Assembly (NCBI GenBank): GCA_963728735.1
Contig: CAVSLX010000021.1
Span: 4,518-68,517, forward strand
Length of the DNA stretch: 64,000 bases
Reading direction: 5' to 3'
From: an uncultured Actinomycetes bacterium
GTDB taxonomy: Bacteria; Actinomycetota; UBA4738; HRBIN12
The notes below the pieces were generated by a model that had not been told where the DNA came from, ran no database searches, and saw only the letters and a program-made list of their open reading frames with translations. This document shows, piece after piece, positions 38,879 through 49,012 of the stretch. The translations under genes were made by a program, and so were the position numbers. Within the stretch, counting starts at the first letter, position 1. Each line of letters begins with the position of its first letter.

Positions 38879-39792
38879 TCCCGATCCTTCGCGTCCTCGC
38901 GCCGAACCCCGACGTCTACACGCTCGAGGGGACGAACACGTGGATCGTCGATCGCGATCCCGCGATCGTGATCGACCCGGGACCCGAGATCGCCTCGCAC
39001 CTCGACGAGGTCGCGCGCGCGGCGGGCTCCGTCGCTCACGTGCTCGTGACGCACGATCATCCCGATCACGCGCCCGGCGCCGCGGCGTTCGCGGCGCGGG
39101 TCGGCGCGCCGCTGCACGCATCGAAGCTCGGCGGCGCCGAGCGGCTGCGCGAAGGACAGACGTTCCGAGCCCGGACGGCGGTGATCTCGGCCGTGTCCAC
39201 GCCCGGCCACACGGCGGATCACGTGGCCTTCTTCGAACCGTCCGAGGGAGCGCTCTTCACGGGCGATGCGGTCCTCGGTCGGGGCACGAGCGTGATCGAT
39301 CCGTCCGAGGGCGACCTCGAGCGCTACCTCGCGTCGCTCCGCCGGATGCTCGAGCTCGCACCGAGGACGATCTATCCGGGGCACGGCCCGGTCGTGCTCG
39401 ATGCGGCCGCCAAGCTCCGGGAATACCTTGCGCATCGCCAGGAGCGCGAGCGACAGATCGTCGAAGCCCTCGGCGAGGGAACCACGGCGATGGCCGCGCT
39501 CGTCGAGCGGATCTACGTGGGCTACCCACCCGAGGTGCTGCCGATCGCCGCTCGGTCGGTCCTGGCCCACCTCAAGAAGCTCGAGACCGAGGGTCGTGTC
39601 GAGCGGCACGGACGCGGCGACGATGCCTCGTGGTCGATCGCCGATCCGCGCTCGTGCGCCCGCTGCGGCAAGCCCGTTCGAGGCCGCGCGCGCTACTGCT
39701 CGTCGTGCAGCCTGATCCTGCTCCAGGAGGGGGCCACCGGCGAGGGATCGACGGCGACCGAGGACGCGGGCCCCGGCACCCCGGCCGGGTGA
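38875..39792 (+). CDS. MBL-fold metallo-hydrolase with a C-terminal winged-helix and Cys4 zinc-ribbon tail
   Basis: ATGA start/stop overlap. Motifs are VLVTHDHPDHAPG (HxHxDH), TPGHTADH and YPGHG. The tail is CARCGKPVRGRARYCSSC. Confidence 0.82.
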   Translation: MIPILRVLAPNPDVYTLEGTNTWIVDRDPAIVIDPGPEIASHLDEVARAAGSVAHVLVTHDHPDHAPGAAAFAARVGAPLHASKLGGAERLREGQTFRARTAVISAVSTPGHTADHVAFFEPSEGALFTGDAVLGRGTSVIDPSEGDLERYLASLRRMLELAPRTIYPGHGPVVLDAAAKLREYLAHRQERERQIVEALGEGTTAMAALVERIYVGYPPEVLPIAARSVLAHLKKLETEGRVERHGRGDDASWSIADPRSCARCGKPVRGRARYCSSCSLILLQEGATGEGSTATEDAGPGTPAG

Positions 39793-39810
39793 ACGACGCC
39801 GGGGTCGCCG

Positions 39811-40455
39811 TCAACCGGTCGCGAGGTCGGGGCCCCGCGGCACGAGACGGAGCGGCGTGCGGACCTCGTATCGAGCCCGGCGCACGACCACGAGGACGCG
39901 GCGCCGGATGAGCCGTTGCACGGCACGGTTCGCGGTCTCACGGCTCGTGCCGGTCATCGCCGCGAGATCGTCCTGGGTGATGCGCACGGGCAGGAGGGCG
40001 CCCGCCGGCGTCGGCCGTCCCAGCCGGTCGGCGAGGTCGCGGAACCGCCGCTCGATCCGGTGCTCGACCGCCAGCCACGCGAGGTCGGTCGCCAGATCCA
40101 CCGACCGGCGGGCGCGCTCGGCGAGCAGACGGGCAACGACGGTGCTCGACGCTGGCCGGAGCCTCGCCGGCGTCACCGCTCGGATCGTGCACGACGAGAA
40201 CACCTCGGGCGGATCGCCCACCGCCTCGCCCCGTCCGAGGAGATCGAGGACGAGCTCACGGCCGTCGATCCGGGTCGCCGACATCCGAACGATGCCGGAT
40301 TCGATCACCATGACGCCGAGGGCCGGGGCGCCTTCGCGCACGAGCACGCCGCCGGCGCGCAGGACCGTGAGGGGGAGCGGTTCGCGTTCGTGCAGTCGCA
40401 CGACCATCGGCACCACTCCTTGTGTGTCGCCGACCCTAGCGTCGCCCACCGACAT
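39811..40455 (-). CDS. Crp/Fnr-family transcriptional regulator
   Basis: cNMP-binding-like beta-roll (VLVREGAPALGVMVIESGIVRMS) and the HTH ITQDDLAAMTGTSRETANRAVQRL. The start may be the internal ATG at 40407. Confidence 0.75.
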   Translation of the reverse strand: MSVGDARVGDTQGVVPMVVRLHEREPLPLTVLRAGGVLVREGAPALGVMVIESGIVRMSATRIDGRELVLDLLGRGEAVGDPPEVFSSCTIRAVTPARLRPASSTVVARLLAERARRSVDLATDLAWLAVEHRIERRFRDLADRLGRPTPAGALLPVRITQDDLAAMTGTSRETANRAVQRLIRRRVLVVVRRARYEVRTPLRLVPRGPDLATG

Positions 40456-40544
40456 CGATCGGCGACAGTCCCTTCCCGGGCGGCGATCGGACCGGCTAGT
40501 CTGTCGGCGGTCGACGGAGCCGAGGACCGAGGGGGACTCTCACC

Positions 40545-40967
40545 GTGGCGAACCTGAAGCTCGACGTCGTGCTGGCTGCCGTTCCGCTGTTCGACGGGCT
40601 GCCGAGGCGCCACCTGAAACGTCTCGCGAACCTCGCTGAGGTCGCGGACTACATGGCGGACCACACGATCGTCCGCGAAGGTGAGGCAGGCGACGCCTTC
40701 TACGTCGTGCTCGCGGGCCAGGCGAAGGTCACCTCGAACGGCAAGCTCGTCAACCGGATCCTTCCGGGGGACCACTTCGGCGAGATCTCGCTCCTCGATG
40801 GCGACGTCCGAACGGCGACGGTGGCGTCCGAGACGCCGATGACCTTGCTGATGCTGTCGCGCGCGAGATTCCTGAAGGCGATCCGCGAGGAGCCCGACAT
40901 GGCCCTCAATCTGCTCGCGAGCCTCGCGAAGCAGGTCCGGCGCACGACGCGCACGCTCGTCGGCTGA
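40545..40967 (+). CDS. Stand-alone cyclic-nucleotide-binding domain protein
   Basis: LFDGLPRRHLKRLANLA...IVREGEAGDAFYVVLAGQAKV...GDHFGEISLLDGDVRTATV. Confidence 0.82.
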   Translation: MANLKLDVVLAAVPLFDGLPRRHLKRLANLAEVADYMADHTIVREGEAGDAFYVVLAGQAKVTSNGKLVNRILPGDHFGEISLLDGDVRTATVASETPMTLLMLSRARFLKAIREEPDMALNLLASLAKQVRRTTRTLVG

Positions 40968-40977
40968 TCCGAGCACG

Positions 40978-41355
40978 ATGAGGGTCGAGTTCTCTCGGTC
41001 AGGCGACGAGGAGGCGACCGCCGTGGCATCGGCCACGTGGAACGGTCGTGACGTCGTCGTCGAGGCTGCCGACCCCGCGGTGCGAGCGCAGCTCGTGCGG
41101 GCGTTCCGCCCGACGCCGGTCGTGACCGACGACGCCTCGCTGCGGCGGATGGGGACCTCGGGAGATGTGGTGATCCAACCCGCCGACCTCGAGTGGTTCC
41201 GGGCGGTCGCCCTCGTCCGTGCGGTCGCCGAGACCCAGCTCCACCCACGGTTCGTGCCGGGTGTCACCGAGGGTGGGTTCGACCCCGCCGCCAACTACCG
41301 CCCGTTCCATGAACAGATCGAGCGGCTCACCGTGCCGAGCGTGAAGGACCCGTAG
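40978..41355 (+). CDS. Hypothetical protein (125 aa)
   Basis: Intact ORF 11 nt after the cNMP-binding gene. No family recognised. Confidence 0.45.
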   Translation: MRVEFSRSGDEEATAVASATWNGRDVVVEAADPAVRAQLVRAFRPTPVVTDDASLRRMGTSGDVVIQPADLEWFRAVALVRAVAETQLHPRFVPGVTEGGFDPAANYRPFHEQIERLTVPSVKDP

Positions 41356-41399
41356 GGCTGGACACCACGCCGCTCGACGTCGCGCGTGTCGGGGACCTG

Positions 41400-42047
41400 A
41401 TGGCGCGCGCGACCGGAGACGAGAAGCACGAAGAGAGCGCAACCTCGACGCTCGACGTGCTGCTGGCTCTCTACGGTGGGGTGTTGCGGATCGACCCCGC
41501 CGATCCAGCCGCCGAGGACCGTGACCGGTTCATCCTGAGCAAGGGGCACGGGCCGGTCGCCCTCTACGCGATCCTCGCGGCCAAGGGCTTCTTCCCGGAG
41601 GCATGGCTGGACGACTTCCTCGAGTTCGACGGCACGCTCGGCTCGCACCCGGACCGTCAGCTCGTGCCGGGGATCGAGGCATCGACCGGATCGCTCGGAC
41701 ACGGGCTTCCGATGGCCGTCGGGGTCGCGCTCGCGCTTCGTGCGAAGGGACGCACCGAGCCGCGCGTGTTCGTGCTCTGCGGCGATGCCGAGCTGAACGA
41801 GGGGTCGAACTGGGAGGCGATCCTCCTCGCACCGACGCTGGCGCTCGGCACCCTCACGATGATCGTCGTCGACAACCACAGCTCGTCGATCCCGATGACC
41901 CGATGGGAAGACCGCCTGGGCGCGTTCGGGTGGGGCGTGCGGATGGTCGACGGCCACGATCGCGATGCCCTTGCCGACGCCTTCACCCGGCGCGAGGCGG
42001 GCCGCCCGACCGCCGTCGTGGCCGACGTGCCGGAGGGCGAGTGGTGA
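41400..42047 (+). CDS. Transketolase, N-terminal (ThDP-binding) subunit
   Basis: DRFILSKGHGPVALYAIL...TGSLGHGLPMAVG...LCGDAELNEGSNWEA. Confidence 0.85.
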   Translation: MARATGDEKHEESATSTLDVLLALYGGVLRIDPADPAAEDRDRFILSKGHGPVALYAILAAKGFFPEAWLDDFLEFDGTLGSHPDRQLVPGIEASTGSLGHGLPMAVGVALALRAKGRTEPRVFVLCGDAELNEGSNWEAILLAPTLALGTLTMIVVDNHSSSIPMTRWEDRLGAFGWGVRMVDGHDRDALADAFTRREAGRPTAVVADVPEGEW

Positions 42048-42943
42048 CGGGCATGCGGGCGGCGTTCGCCGCGGCCGCGGCGAGGTTGCTCGACGACGAT
42101 CCTCGTGCCGCCCTCGTGCTCGCCGACATCAGCGTGGAAGGGTTCTTCGAGGAGGCGATGCAGCGCCACCCCCACCGTGCCGTGAACGTCGGGATCATGG
42201 AACAAGCGATGATCGGCGTCGCGGCCGGATTCGCGATGGAGGGCTTCCGTCCGATCGCGCACTCGCTCTCGCCCTTCGTCTCGGAACGCCCCTTCGAGCA
42301 GCTCAAGCTCGACTTCGGCTATCAGGGCCTCGGCGGCACGTTCGTCGGGGCGGGCGGCTCCTACGATTACGCGGGCGAGGGCGGCACCCACCACGCCGGC
42401 GGCGACGTCGCCGCCATGCTCGCGATCCCCGGCATGCAGGTGCTCGTCCCGGGCCATGCGCATGAGGTCGACCGACTGCTCCGGGCGGTGTACGCGAACG
42501 AACGACCGTCGTACCTGCGGACCAGTCTCGCGGAGAACCGGGAGGGGTTCGACGTCGAGCCCGGGCGCATCGAGGTCGTGCGACGCGGATCCGGGCCACT
42601 CGTCGTTGCGTTCGGCCCCATGCTGACGCGGACGATCGAGGCGTGCGAGGGACTCGACGTGACGATCGCCTACGCGACGAGCGTTGCGCCGTTCGACGCG
42701 CGGGGGATCGCGGCGATCGCCGGTGACGCGCCGTCGGTGGTCGTCGTCGAGCCCTACTACGAAGGCACTTCCGCGAGCGTCGTGACCGCAGCGCTCGGCC
42801 ACTTGGCGATCAGGTACGGATCCATGGGCGTTCCGCGCGCCTTCATCCATCGCTACGGCACGTGGCGCCAGCTCGACGAGATGCTGGGCCTCGATGCGGC
42901 AGGGATCGGACGGCGGATCCGCGCGTTCCTCGAAGGAAGTTAG
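42044..42943 (+). CDS. Transketolase, C-terminal (pyrimidine-binding) subunit
   Basis: GTGA overlap with the N-terminal subunit. RAVNVGIMEQAMIGVAAGFAMEGFRP...GGTHHAGGDVAAMLAIPGMQVLVPG. Confidence 0.85.
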   Translation: MTGMRAAFAAAAARLLDDDPRAALVLADISVEGFFEEAMQRHPHRAVNVGIMEQAMIGVAAGFAMEGFRPIAHSLSPFVSERPFEQLKLDFGYQGLGGTFVGAGGSYDYAGEGGTHHAGGDVAAMLAIPGMQVLVPGHAHEVDRLLRAVYANERPSYLRTSLAENREGFDVEPGRIEVVRRGSGPLVVAFGPMLTRTIEACEGLDVTIAYATSVAPFDARGIAAIAGDAPSVVVVEPYYEGTSASVVTAALGHLAIRYGSMGVPRAFIHRYGTWRQLDEMLGLDAAGIGRRIRAFLEGS

Positions 42944-45900
42944 CCGTTCGCCGCGAGCCAGGCGCGGCCTTCGGCGCAGAACGCCTTGAAGTCGCAGTAG
43001 GTGCATTGCGGGCCGGGCGTCGGGTCGAAGCTGCCGGCGGCGATCGCCTCGAGCGACCCGCCGATCCGGGCGCGGACCGCCGACGGCTCGTCCATCGCCC
43101 GGGTCACCTCGTCGCCGCTCGCGAGGTACACGTACGTGAGCGACAGATCGCCCGGCCCCTTCCCCCAGATCTCGACGCACGCGAGCCCGTAAACGTCGAG
43201 TTGCAGCCGGGCGAGCGGGTCATCGTCGGCGGGCCTGCGACCCGTCTTCCAGTCGACGATCTCCCAGGGACCTTCGGCGTCGCCGTAGATCGCGTCGATC
43301 CGCCCCCCGACCGTGATGTTGCCGAAACGCAGGAGGAACGCGCGTTCGGCGAACAGGGGCGTCCGCTCGGCGAACCGGCCCTCGAGGAACGCATGTCGGA
43401 GCCGCTCGACCCTGCCGGGATCGCCCGCCAGCTCTTCCTGCGTGAGGTCGGGCTGGTCGCCGACCTCGAGGAGCTGCCCTTGGCCGCTCGCGCGGCGCTC
43501 GATCCACCGGTGGATCTCAGTGCCGATGCGCGCCGCCGGGCCGCTGAACCGCGGCAGCGGCCGCACGCTCGACCAGTAGAAGCGCTTCGGACAACGCGCG
43601 TAGTCGATCACGCCGCTCGCCGAGATCGCGCGCGGCACCCGGTCCTCGCCGACCTCGGCGTCGGCGAGCTCGCGCTCTCGGAGGTGCGCCGACAGCGCCC
43701 GTCGCTCGCCGACGACGACGTCGAAGGCGGCGCGCTCATCGGCCGGGAGCGACTCGAGCAGCGAGGGCTGGACGCCGCCGGTGGCCGCGGCTTCGAGCGC
43801 CGCCTCGCGCCACCCCGCGGGGAAGAGCGCATCGGCCTCGTCCCGGCGAGCCGGACCCGGCCAGTCGCGCACGAGCTCGAGGCGGTAGCCGAGCATCGGG
43901 TTCTCGGCCTCGTCGGCGATGCCCTCGGCGAGCTCCAAGATCGCGTCGCCAGCGGCGCCCCACCCCGTGAGCTCCTCGAAGAACGCGCTCGGCCCCTTCG
44001 CCTGGACGTTCTCGCCGTACCACTGCGAGGCACTCACGTGCAGGGTGCGGCGCGCCCTCGTGAGCGCGACGTAGGCCGTGCGCCGCTCCTCGATCACCTC
44101 TTGGCGCTTGAGATCGTCCTTGAAGTGCGAGAGCACGCCGTCGAAGGTCGGCAGGATCGCGGCATCACCCCGGAGCTCGAAGTCGAGGGAGTAGCCGCGT
44201 TCGGCGGGGTTCTGCTGGATCCGGGTCGACGGCATCAGGCCGGTCGCCATGCCGGGCACGAAGACGTGGTCGAACTCGAGTCCCTTCGCCTGGTGGATCG
44301 TCATCATCTTGACCGAGTCCTCGTCGGAGGGCTGGACGGTCTCCCAGTCCTCCTTCTCGAGGGCGATCACGTCGTCGACGTAGTCGAGGAAGGCACGGAG
44401 CGTGAGCTCGCCCTCGATCGGTTGGAACGCGTGGACCTGGTCGAGGAACGCGGCGAGGTTCCGGGCGCGTTGCATCGCCACCGGCCGATCGAGATCGGCC
44501 TCGAGCTCGTCGACGAGCCCGGTGCGCCGGATCACCTCGCCGAGGAAGTCGCCGACCGGCTGGCGCGCGCCGACGCGAAGTTCGGCGAGCTCGGCCGCGA
44601 AGGCCTCGAGCCGGGCGCGTCCTTCGTCGGAGAGCTCCTCGATCTCGTTGAGGTGCTCGAGCGCCTCGGCGAGCAGGAAGGGGGTCTCCTCGTCGTCCTC
44701 GCCGGTCTCGCGCCAGGCGTAGTTCTTCTGCTTGGCCCAGCCAGCGACCTGCGCGAGGTCCTTGAACCCGACGCGGTAGCGCGGGCCCGTGAGGATGCGG
44801 GCGAGCGCGACGCTGGCCAGCGGGTCGTTCGCTGCGCGGGCGTAGGCGAGCACCTCGACGACCTCGGGCAGACGCAGGAGCCCCGCGAGCCCGACGATCT
44901 CGATCGGGGTGCCCCGCTCCTCGAAGGCTTGCTGCAACAACAGGAACAGCCGCGAGGTCCGGCACAGCACGGCTATCTCGGACCAGCTCGAGCCCAACGC
45001 GTGGAGCGCGTCGACGTGCTCGGCGATCCAGGCGGCCTCGGTGCGCTCGTCGCGGTGCGCCGCGAGCGTGACCTCACCCTCGCCGTTGGCGGGCCACGGG
45101 ACGAGCCGCTTGTCGGGATCGGGGTGCTGTTGCTCGGGGAGCTCGCCGATGATCGTGTCGGCCGCTCGCAGGATCCGCGCGCCGCTCCGGAAGTTCGTGA
45201 AGAGCGGGAGGGTGCGCGCCGGCCGTCCACCGGCCGTTCGGAACCGCTCGGGGAACTCCAGCAGGTTGTAGAGCGACGCGCCGCGCCACGCGTAGATGTT
45301 CTGGTCGGGGTCCCCGACGGCCGTGACCGGGTGGCCGCCGCCGAACAGCGCCTCGATCAAGCGTGCCTGCGCGACGTTGGTGTCCTGGTACTCATCGAGC
45401 AAGACGGCATGGAAGCGCTCGCGGTAGGCGTGTCCGACCGCGGGATGTTCGGTCGCGATCCGCATCGCGAGCTCGATCTGGTCTCCGTAGTCGATCACGC
45501 CGAGGTCGGCCTTGAGCCGCGCGAACACCTCGGTCGCCTGCGCGAGCTCGATCCGCTGCTGCGCGGCCTCGAGCGTCCGGCGCGACCGCAGCGACCGCAG
45601 CACCTCGATCCGCGCGAGGTTGTGCGCCACGATCCGATCGGGATCGACGAGGTGGTTCTGGGCCTGATCGTTGAGCTTCAGGATCGAGTCGACGACGGTC
45701 GGCTGCCACTCGGTCTTCACGTGCTCGAACGTCATCTCGTCGAGCACCCGGCCGGCGAGCTCGACCCGCTGCGCTTGCGACAGCACCCGCTGCCCCGACT
45801 CGACGCCGGCGAGCATGCCGTGGCGATCGATCACCTGTTGGGCGAACCCGTGGTAGTTCAAGATCTCGGGCTCCTCGCCTTCGGGGAGCTCGACCCCGGC

Positions 45901-46200
45901 GAGCGCCCTGCGGATCCGCAGCCGCAGGTTGTCGGTCGCCTTGTTCGTGAAGGTGAGGCACAGAAGGTTGCCGGGCAAGACGCCGTCGTGCGTCGCCTCG
46001 ACCCGGCCGAGCGCGACGAGCGCGAGGTAGACGACCCGCGCCGCGATCACGCTCGTCTTGCCGCTGCCAGCGCCGGCGACGAGGACGGCCGGCTCGAGCG
46101 GCGCCGAGATGGCCGTCCACTGCTCGTCGGTCGGGCTGACGCCGCCGAGCGCGAGGACGATCTCGGGTGGGACGTCGGTGCGTAGCGCGGTTCCGTTCAC
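42940..46200 (-). CDS. adnB: UvrD-type helicase fused to a RecB-family nuclease, AdnB-like subunit
   Basis: Intact ~1086 aa starting at GTG 46200. Walker A is AGAGSGKTS. Helicase motifs are LLDEYQDTN and GDPDQNIYAWRGA. The nuclease motif is IVDWKTGR. Cys cluster: ARCPKRF...CTYCDFKAFC. The 1416-aa ORF in the track is an out-of-frame extension over adnA. Confidence 0.85.
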   Translation of the reverse strand: MNGTALRTDVPPEIVLALGGVSPTDEQWTAISAPLEPAVLVAGAGSGKTSVIAARVVYLALVALGRVEATHDGVLPGNLLCLTFTNKATDNLRLRIRRALAGVELPEGEEPEILNYHGFAQQVIDRHGMLAGVESGQRVLSQAQRVELAGRVLDEMTFEHVKTEWQPTVVDSILKLNDQAQNHLVDPDRIVAHNLARIEVLRSLRSRRTLEAAQQRIELAQATEVFARLKADLGVIDYGDQIELAMRIATEHPAVGHAYRERFHAVLLDEYQDTNVAQARLIEALFGGGHPVTAVGDPDQNIYAWRGASLYNLLEFPERFRTAGGRPARTLPLFTNFRSGARILRAADTIIGELPEQQHPDPDKRLVPWPANGEGEVTLAAHRDERTEAAWIAEHVDALHALGSSWSEIAVLCRTSRLFLLLQQAFEERGTPIEIVGLAGLLRLPEVVEVLAYARAANDPLASVALARILTGPRYRVGFKDLAQVAGWAKQKNYAWRETGEDDEETPFLLAEALEHLNEIEELSDEGRARLEAFAAELAELRVGARQPVGDFLGEVIRRTGLVDELEADLDRPVAMQRARNLAAFLDQVHAFQPIEGELTLRAFLDYVDDVIALEKEDWETVQPSDEDSVKMMTIHQAKGLEFDHVFVPGMATGLMPSTRIQQNPAERGYSLDFELRGDAAILPTFDGVLSHFKDDLKRQEVIEERRTAYVALTRARRTLHVSASQWYGENVQAKGPSAFFEELTGWGAAGDAILELAEGIADEAENPMLGYRLELVRDWPGPARRDEADALFPAGWREAALEAAATGGVQPSLLESLPADERAAFDVVVGERRALSAHLRERELADAEVGEDRVPRAISASGVIDYARCPKRFYWSSVRPLPRFSGPAARIGTEIHRWIERRASGQGQLLEVGDQPDLTQEELAGDPGRVERLRHAFLEGRFAERTPLFAERAFLLRFGNITVGGRIDAIYGDAEGPWEIVDWKTGRRPADDDPLARLQLDVYGLACVEIWGKGPGDLSLTYVYLASGDEVTRAMDEPSAVRARIGGSLEAIAAGSFDPTPGPQCTYCDFKAFCAEGRAWLAANG

Positions 46201-47645
46201 GACACCGTCGCCTCGCTCGCCGGCTCGCGCTCGCCGGCGCTGAGGGGGCGGCCGCGTCGAACCGCCTCGACCGGGAACACGGGCTGCCCCTCGGGGAACA
46301 GCGGGCAGAGCGTCTGGAAGTCGCAGAACCGGCAGTTCGCGTACGGGTTCGGTCGGAAGGATCCGGCGGCGTTGACCTCTTTCTTGCGGGCGATCAGGCC
46401 GGCGAGTCGCTCGCGCATCTCGGTCTGCCAGGTCTCCTCGTCTCGATCGTGGATCGGCAACATGCGGAAGTCCGGATCGGTCGACCTCCAGTTGCCTCGG
46501 AGGAACGCGAGCTCGACCTTGTCGACGGGCTTGAACCCGGCGAGCGCATCGGATTCCTGCACCGCCATGTAGTAGATGCCGAGCTGGAGGCTCTTGGCGG
46601 GCAGCTCGGCACGATCGCTCTTGCCCGTCTTGAAGTCGGTGATCACCGACCCACCGCGCACCGACGGGCCGATCCGGTCGATGTAGCCGATGACCGTGAC
46701 GCCTTCGAACTCGAACTCGAAGAACTGCTCGATGCCGAGCGCCGGCTTGTCGCCGTAGACGACGAACCAGTTGCGGAGCATGTGCTCTCGGGCGAGCTTG
46801 TGGAAGGCGGTCGACACGGCGTTCGACGGGAACTCCTGGGGGCGCCATCGCTCGTCGAGCGCGGCCACGATCGCCTTCGGATCCTTCTCGATCAGCCCGC
46901 GCTCGACGTCCTCGATCACCTTGTGCACCGTCTTGCCGACCCATGCGTGATAGCCGCCGGGACGTCCGAGGCCGAGCTCGTCGCCGAGCACGTGCATCAG
47001 CTCGCAGGCCTCGAGGTTCGACAGGCGGGAGTACGACACCCGCACGGTCTCGTGGAGCGGGCGGCCCGTGTCGGTCCAGTCGTGCTGGAACCACCAGCGC
47101 GAGGGATCGACACCGAGCGTCACGAGCCCCTCGAGGGCGGCGAGCCGGCGCCACGCAGGGAGGCCCGGGTCGGCGAGCTCGCGTCGCCACGTCGCGGCGG
47201 CCTCACGCGAGGACACCGGCTCGTCGAACGGGCCCGCCGGCGCCACGGTCCACCGCACGCCGAGCTCGTCGGCGAACCGGGAGCGGGCCGAGAGCGAGCC
47301 GAGGACGGGATGGTCACCGGGATGGTCGTGGGCATGCGCGTCGGCGCAGGCGAGGACGACGCGCCGTCGGGCGCGCCCGAGCACCATGCGGAACAGCCGC
47401 CGCTCGTCCTCGAGGCGTTGGCGGTTGCGCTCGCTGCGCGTGACCGTGCGGTCGAGGACGTCGAGGTCGAACATCGGCTCGGGCCTCGAGAGCGAGGGGA
47501 AGTTGCCCTCGACCGCGCCCGCGACGAGGACCGAGTCGAACTCGGAGCCGGCGGCGCCGTGGGCGGTCAGCACGCGCACGGCGTCGGGCGCCGCCGGCGA
47601 TCCCCCGGGATACCCGGGACCGTGCTCGCCGGCGTCGTCGACCAG
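46197..47645 (-). pseudogene. adnA: AdnA-like helicase-nuclease subunit, C-terminal ~480 aa only (5' part removed at the ~47,645 breakpoint)
   Basis: VRVLTAHGAAGSEFDSVLVAGAVEGNFPS (helicase motif VI region), nuclease VITDFKTGK, Cys cluster NLEACEL...CRFCDFQTLC. The stop is coupled to the adnB start (GTGA). Confidence 0.75.
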
Positions 47646-47903
47646 GCCGTCGGGCGCCGCGCGCGCGACCTGCTCGGCCGCGATGTTGCCGCCGGAGCCG
47701 GGCCGGTTCTCGACGATGAACGGCTGGTGCAGGATTTCCTGCAGCCGCTGGCCGATGATGCGCGACAGCACGTCGCTCGGGCCGCCCGGCGTGAAGGCGA
47801 CGACGATGCTGACCGGCCGCGACGGGTAGTCCGCCGCCGGCGCCGCGAACGAGAACGCAGCGCCACCGCAACGCCGGCGATGAATCGCAATAAACCGTCG
47901 CAA
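47646..47903 (-). pseudogene. Bug/TctC-family (tripartite tricarboxylate transporter) substrate-binding protein, N-terminal ~88 codons only
   Basis: MRRFIAIH...AAPAADYPSRPVSIVVAFTPGGPSDVLSRIIGQRLQEILHQPFIVENRPGSGGNIAAEQVARAAPDG runs in the same ORF straight into AdnA-like sequence. Confidence 0.75.
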
Positions 47904-47994
47904 CGCGAAGCCCTTCGTAGCAATCCGGCATGACTTACATTCGCACCGAGGCCTCTACCGCCACCGCTAAAGCGGCGGCCGGGCGTACTGGCTG

Positions 47995-49012
47995 TCAATG
48001 GGTGTGCGTGGTGATGGACTTGATGACCGCGGCCCATTTGGGGATTTGGGCTCCTGATGTAGGCCTCGAATTCGCGCGGCGAGTTTCCGACCACGTCGAT
48101 GCCGAGGCCGCCCATGATCTTGCGCGCGCCCGGGTCGTCGAGCACCGGCCGCCGTCGAATGATACAGCACGTCGATGATTTCCTTCGGCGTGCCGGCCGG
48201 CGCCACCAGCCCGTACCAGGTGGTGGCGTCGAAGCCCGGAAGCCCGAGCTCGTCGATGGTGGCGACGCGCCGGCAGCAGCGAGCTGCGCTCGGCCGTGGC
48301 GATCGCCGAGCGCGCGCAGCCGGCCGGCCCGGACGTGGCTCGCCACCAAGGCGGCGGGCGCAAACATCATCTGCACATGGCCGCCGACGACATCCTGCAA
48401 CGCCGGCCCCGGCTTCTTGTAGGGGACATGGACCATGTCCGCCTTGGCCTCGGTCTTGAACAATTCGCCGGCGAGATGGGCGGCGCTGCCGTGGCCGGAT
48501 GATGCGAAGGTGAGCAGGCCGGGCTTCGCTCTGCGCGAGCTCGATCAATTGCGTCAGCGAATGCGCCGGCAGGCGGGGTGCACCACCAGGACGTTGGCCT
48601 GCGTTCCGAGCAGCGTGATCGGGGCAAAGTCGAGCTGCGGGTCGAAGCCGATGTTTTTCCGGCGCGCGGGATTGGTGGCCAGAATGCCGGTGTTGCCCAT
48701 CAGCAGCGTGTAGCCGTCGGCCCGGCGCCTGGGCGGCCTGCTCGGCGGCGATGGTGCCGGCGGCGCCGGGCCGGTTCTCGATCACCAGCGGCTGGCGCAA
48801 GCACTTGGCCAGCATCCGCCCAGCATGCGGGCGATCACGTCGCTCGGGCCGCCGGGCACGTGCGAAACGATGAGCGTGATCGGCCGGGTCGGGTAGTCGA
48901 GGGCGGCTGGCGCGCAGGCAGCGCCGAGCGCCAGCAGCAGCGCCGCGGCTGGCGAGGCTGATAGCGAGCTTCGTGCAGTGCGCACGTCGTTGTCAACGAC
49001 CGTTCCGCCCAT
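47995..49012 (-). pseudogene. Bug/TctC-family substrate-binding protein; multiply frameshifted
   Basis: LDYPTRPITLIVSHVPGGPSDVIARML / LRQPLVIENRPGAAGTIAAEQ / ELFKTEAKADMVHVPYKKPGPALQDVVGGHVQMMF / IDVVGNSPREFEAYIRS..IPKWAAVIKSITTHTH*. Confidence 0.75.

Noticed and set aside
42940-47190. A single 1416-aa ORF in the track, suggesting one giant helicase-nuclease
   Set aside because: The N-terminal ~330 residues are Arg/Pro/Gly-rich with no motifs and lie out of frame over the true adnA-like gene (46197..47645, which has clear nuclease and Cys motifs). The homologous AdnB-like protein starts at GTG 46200, coupled to the adnA stop by GTGA.
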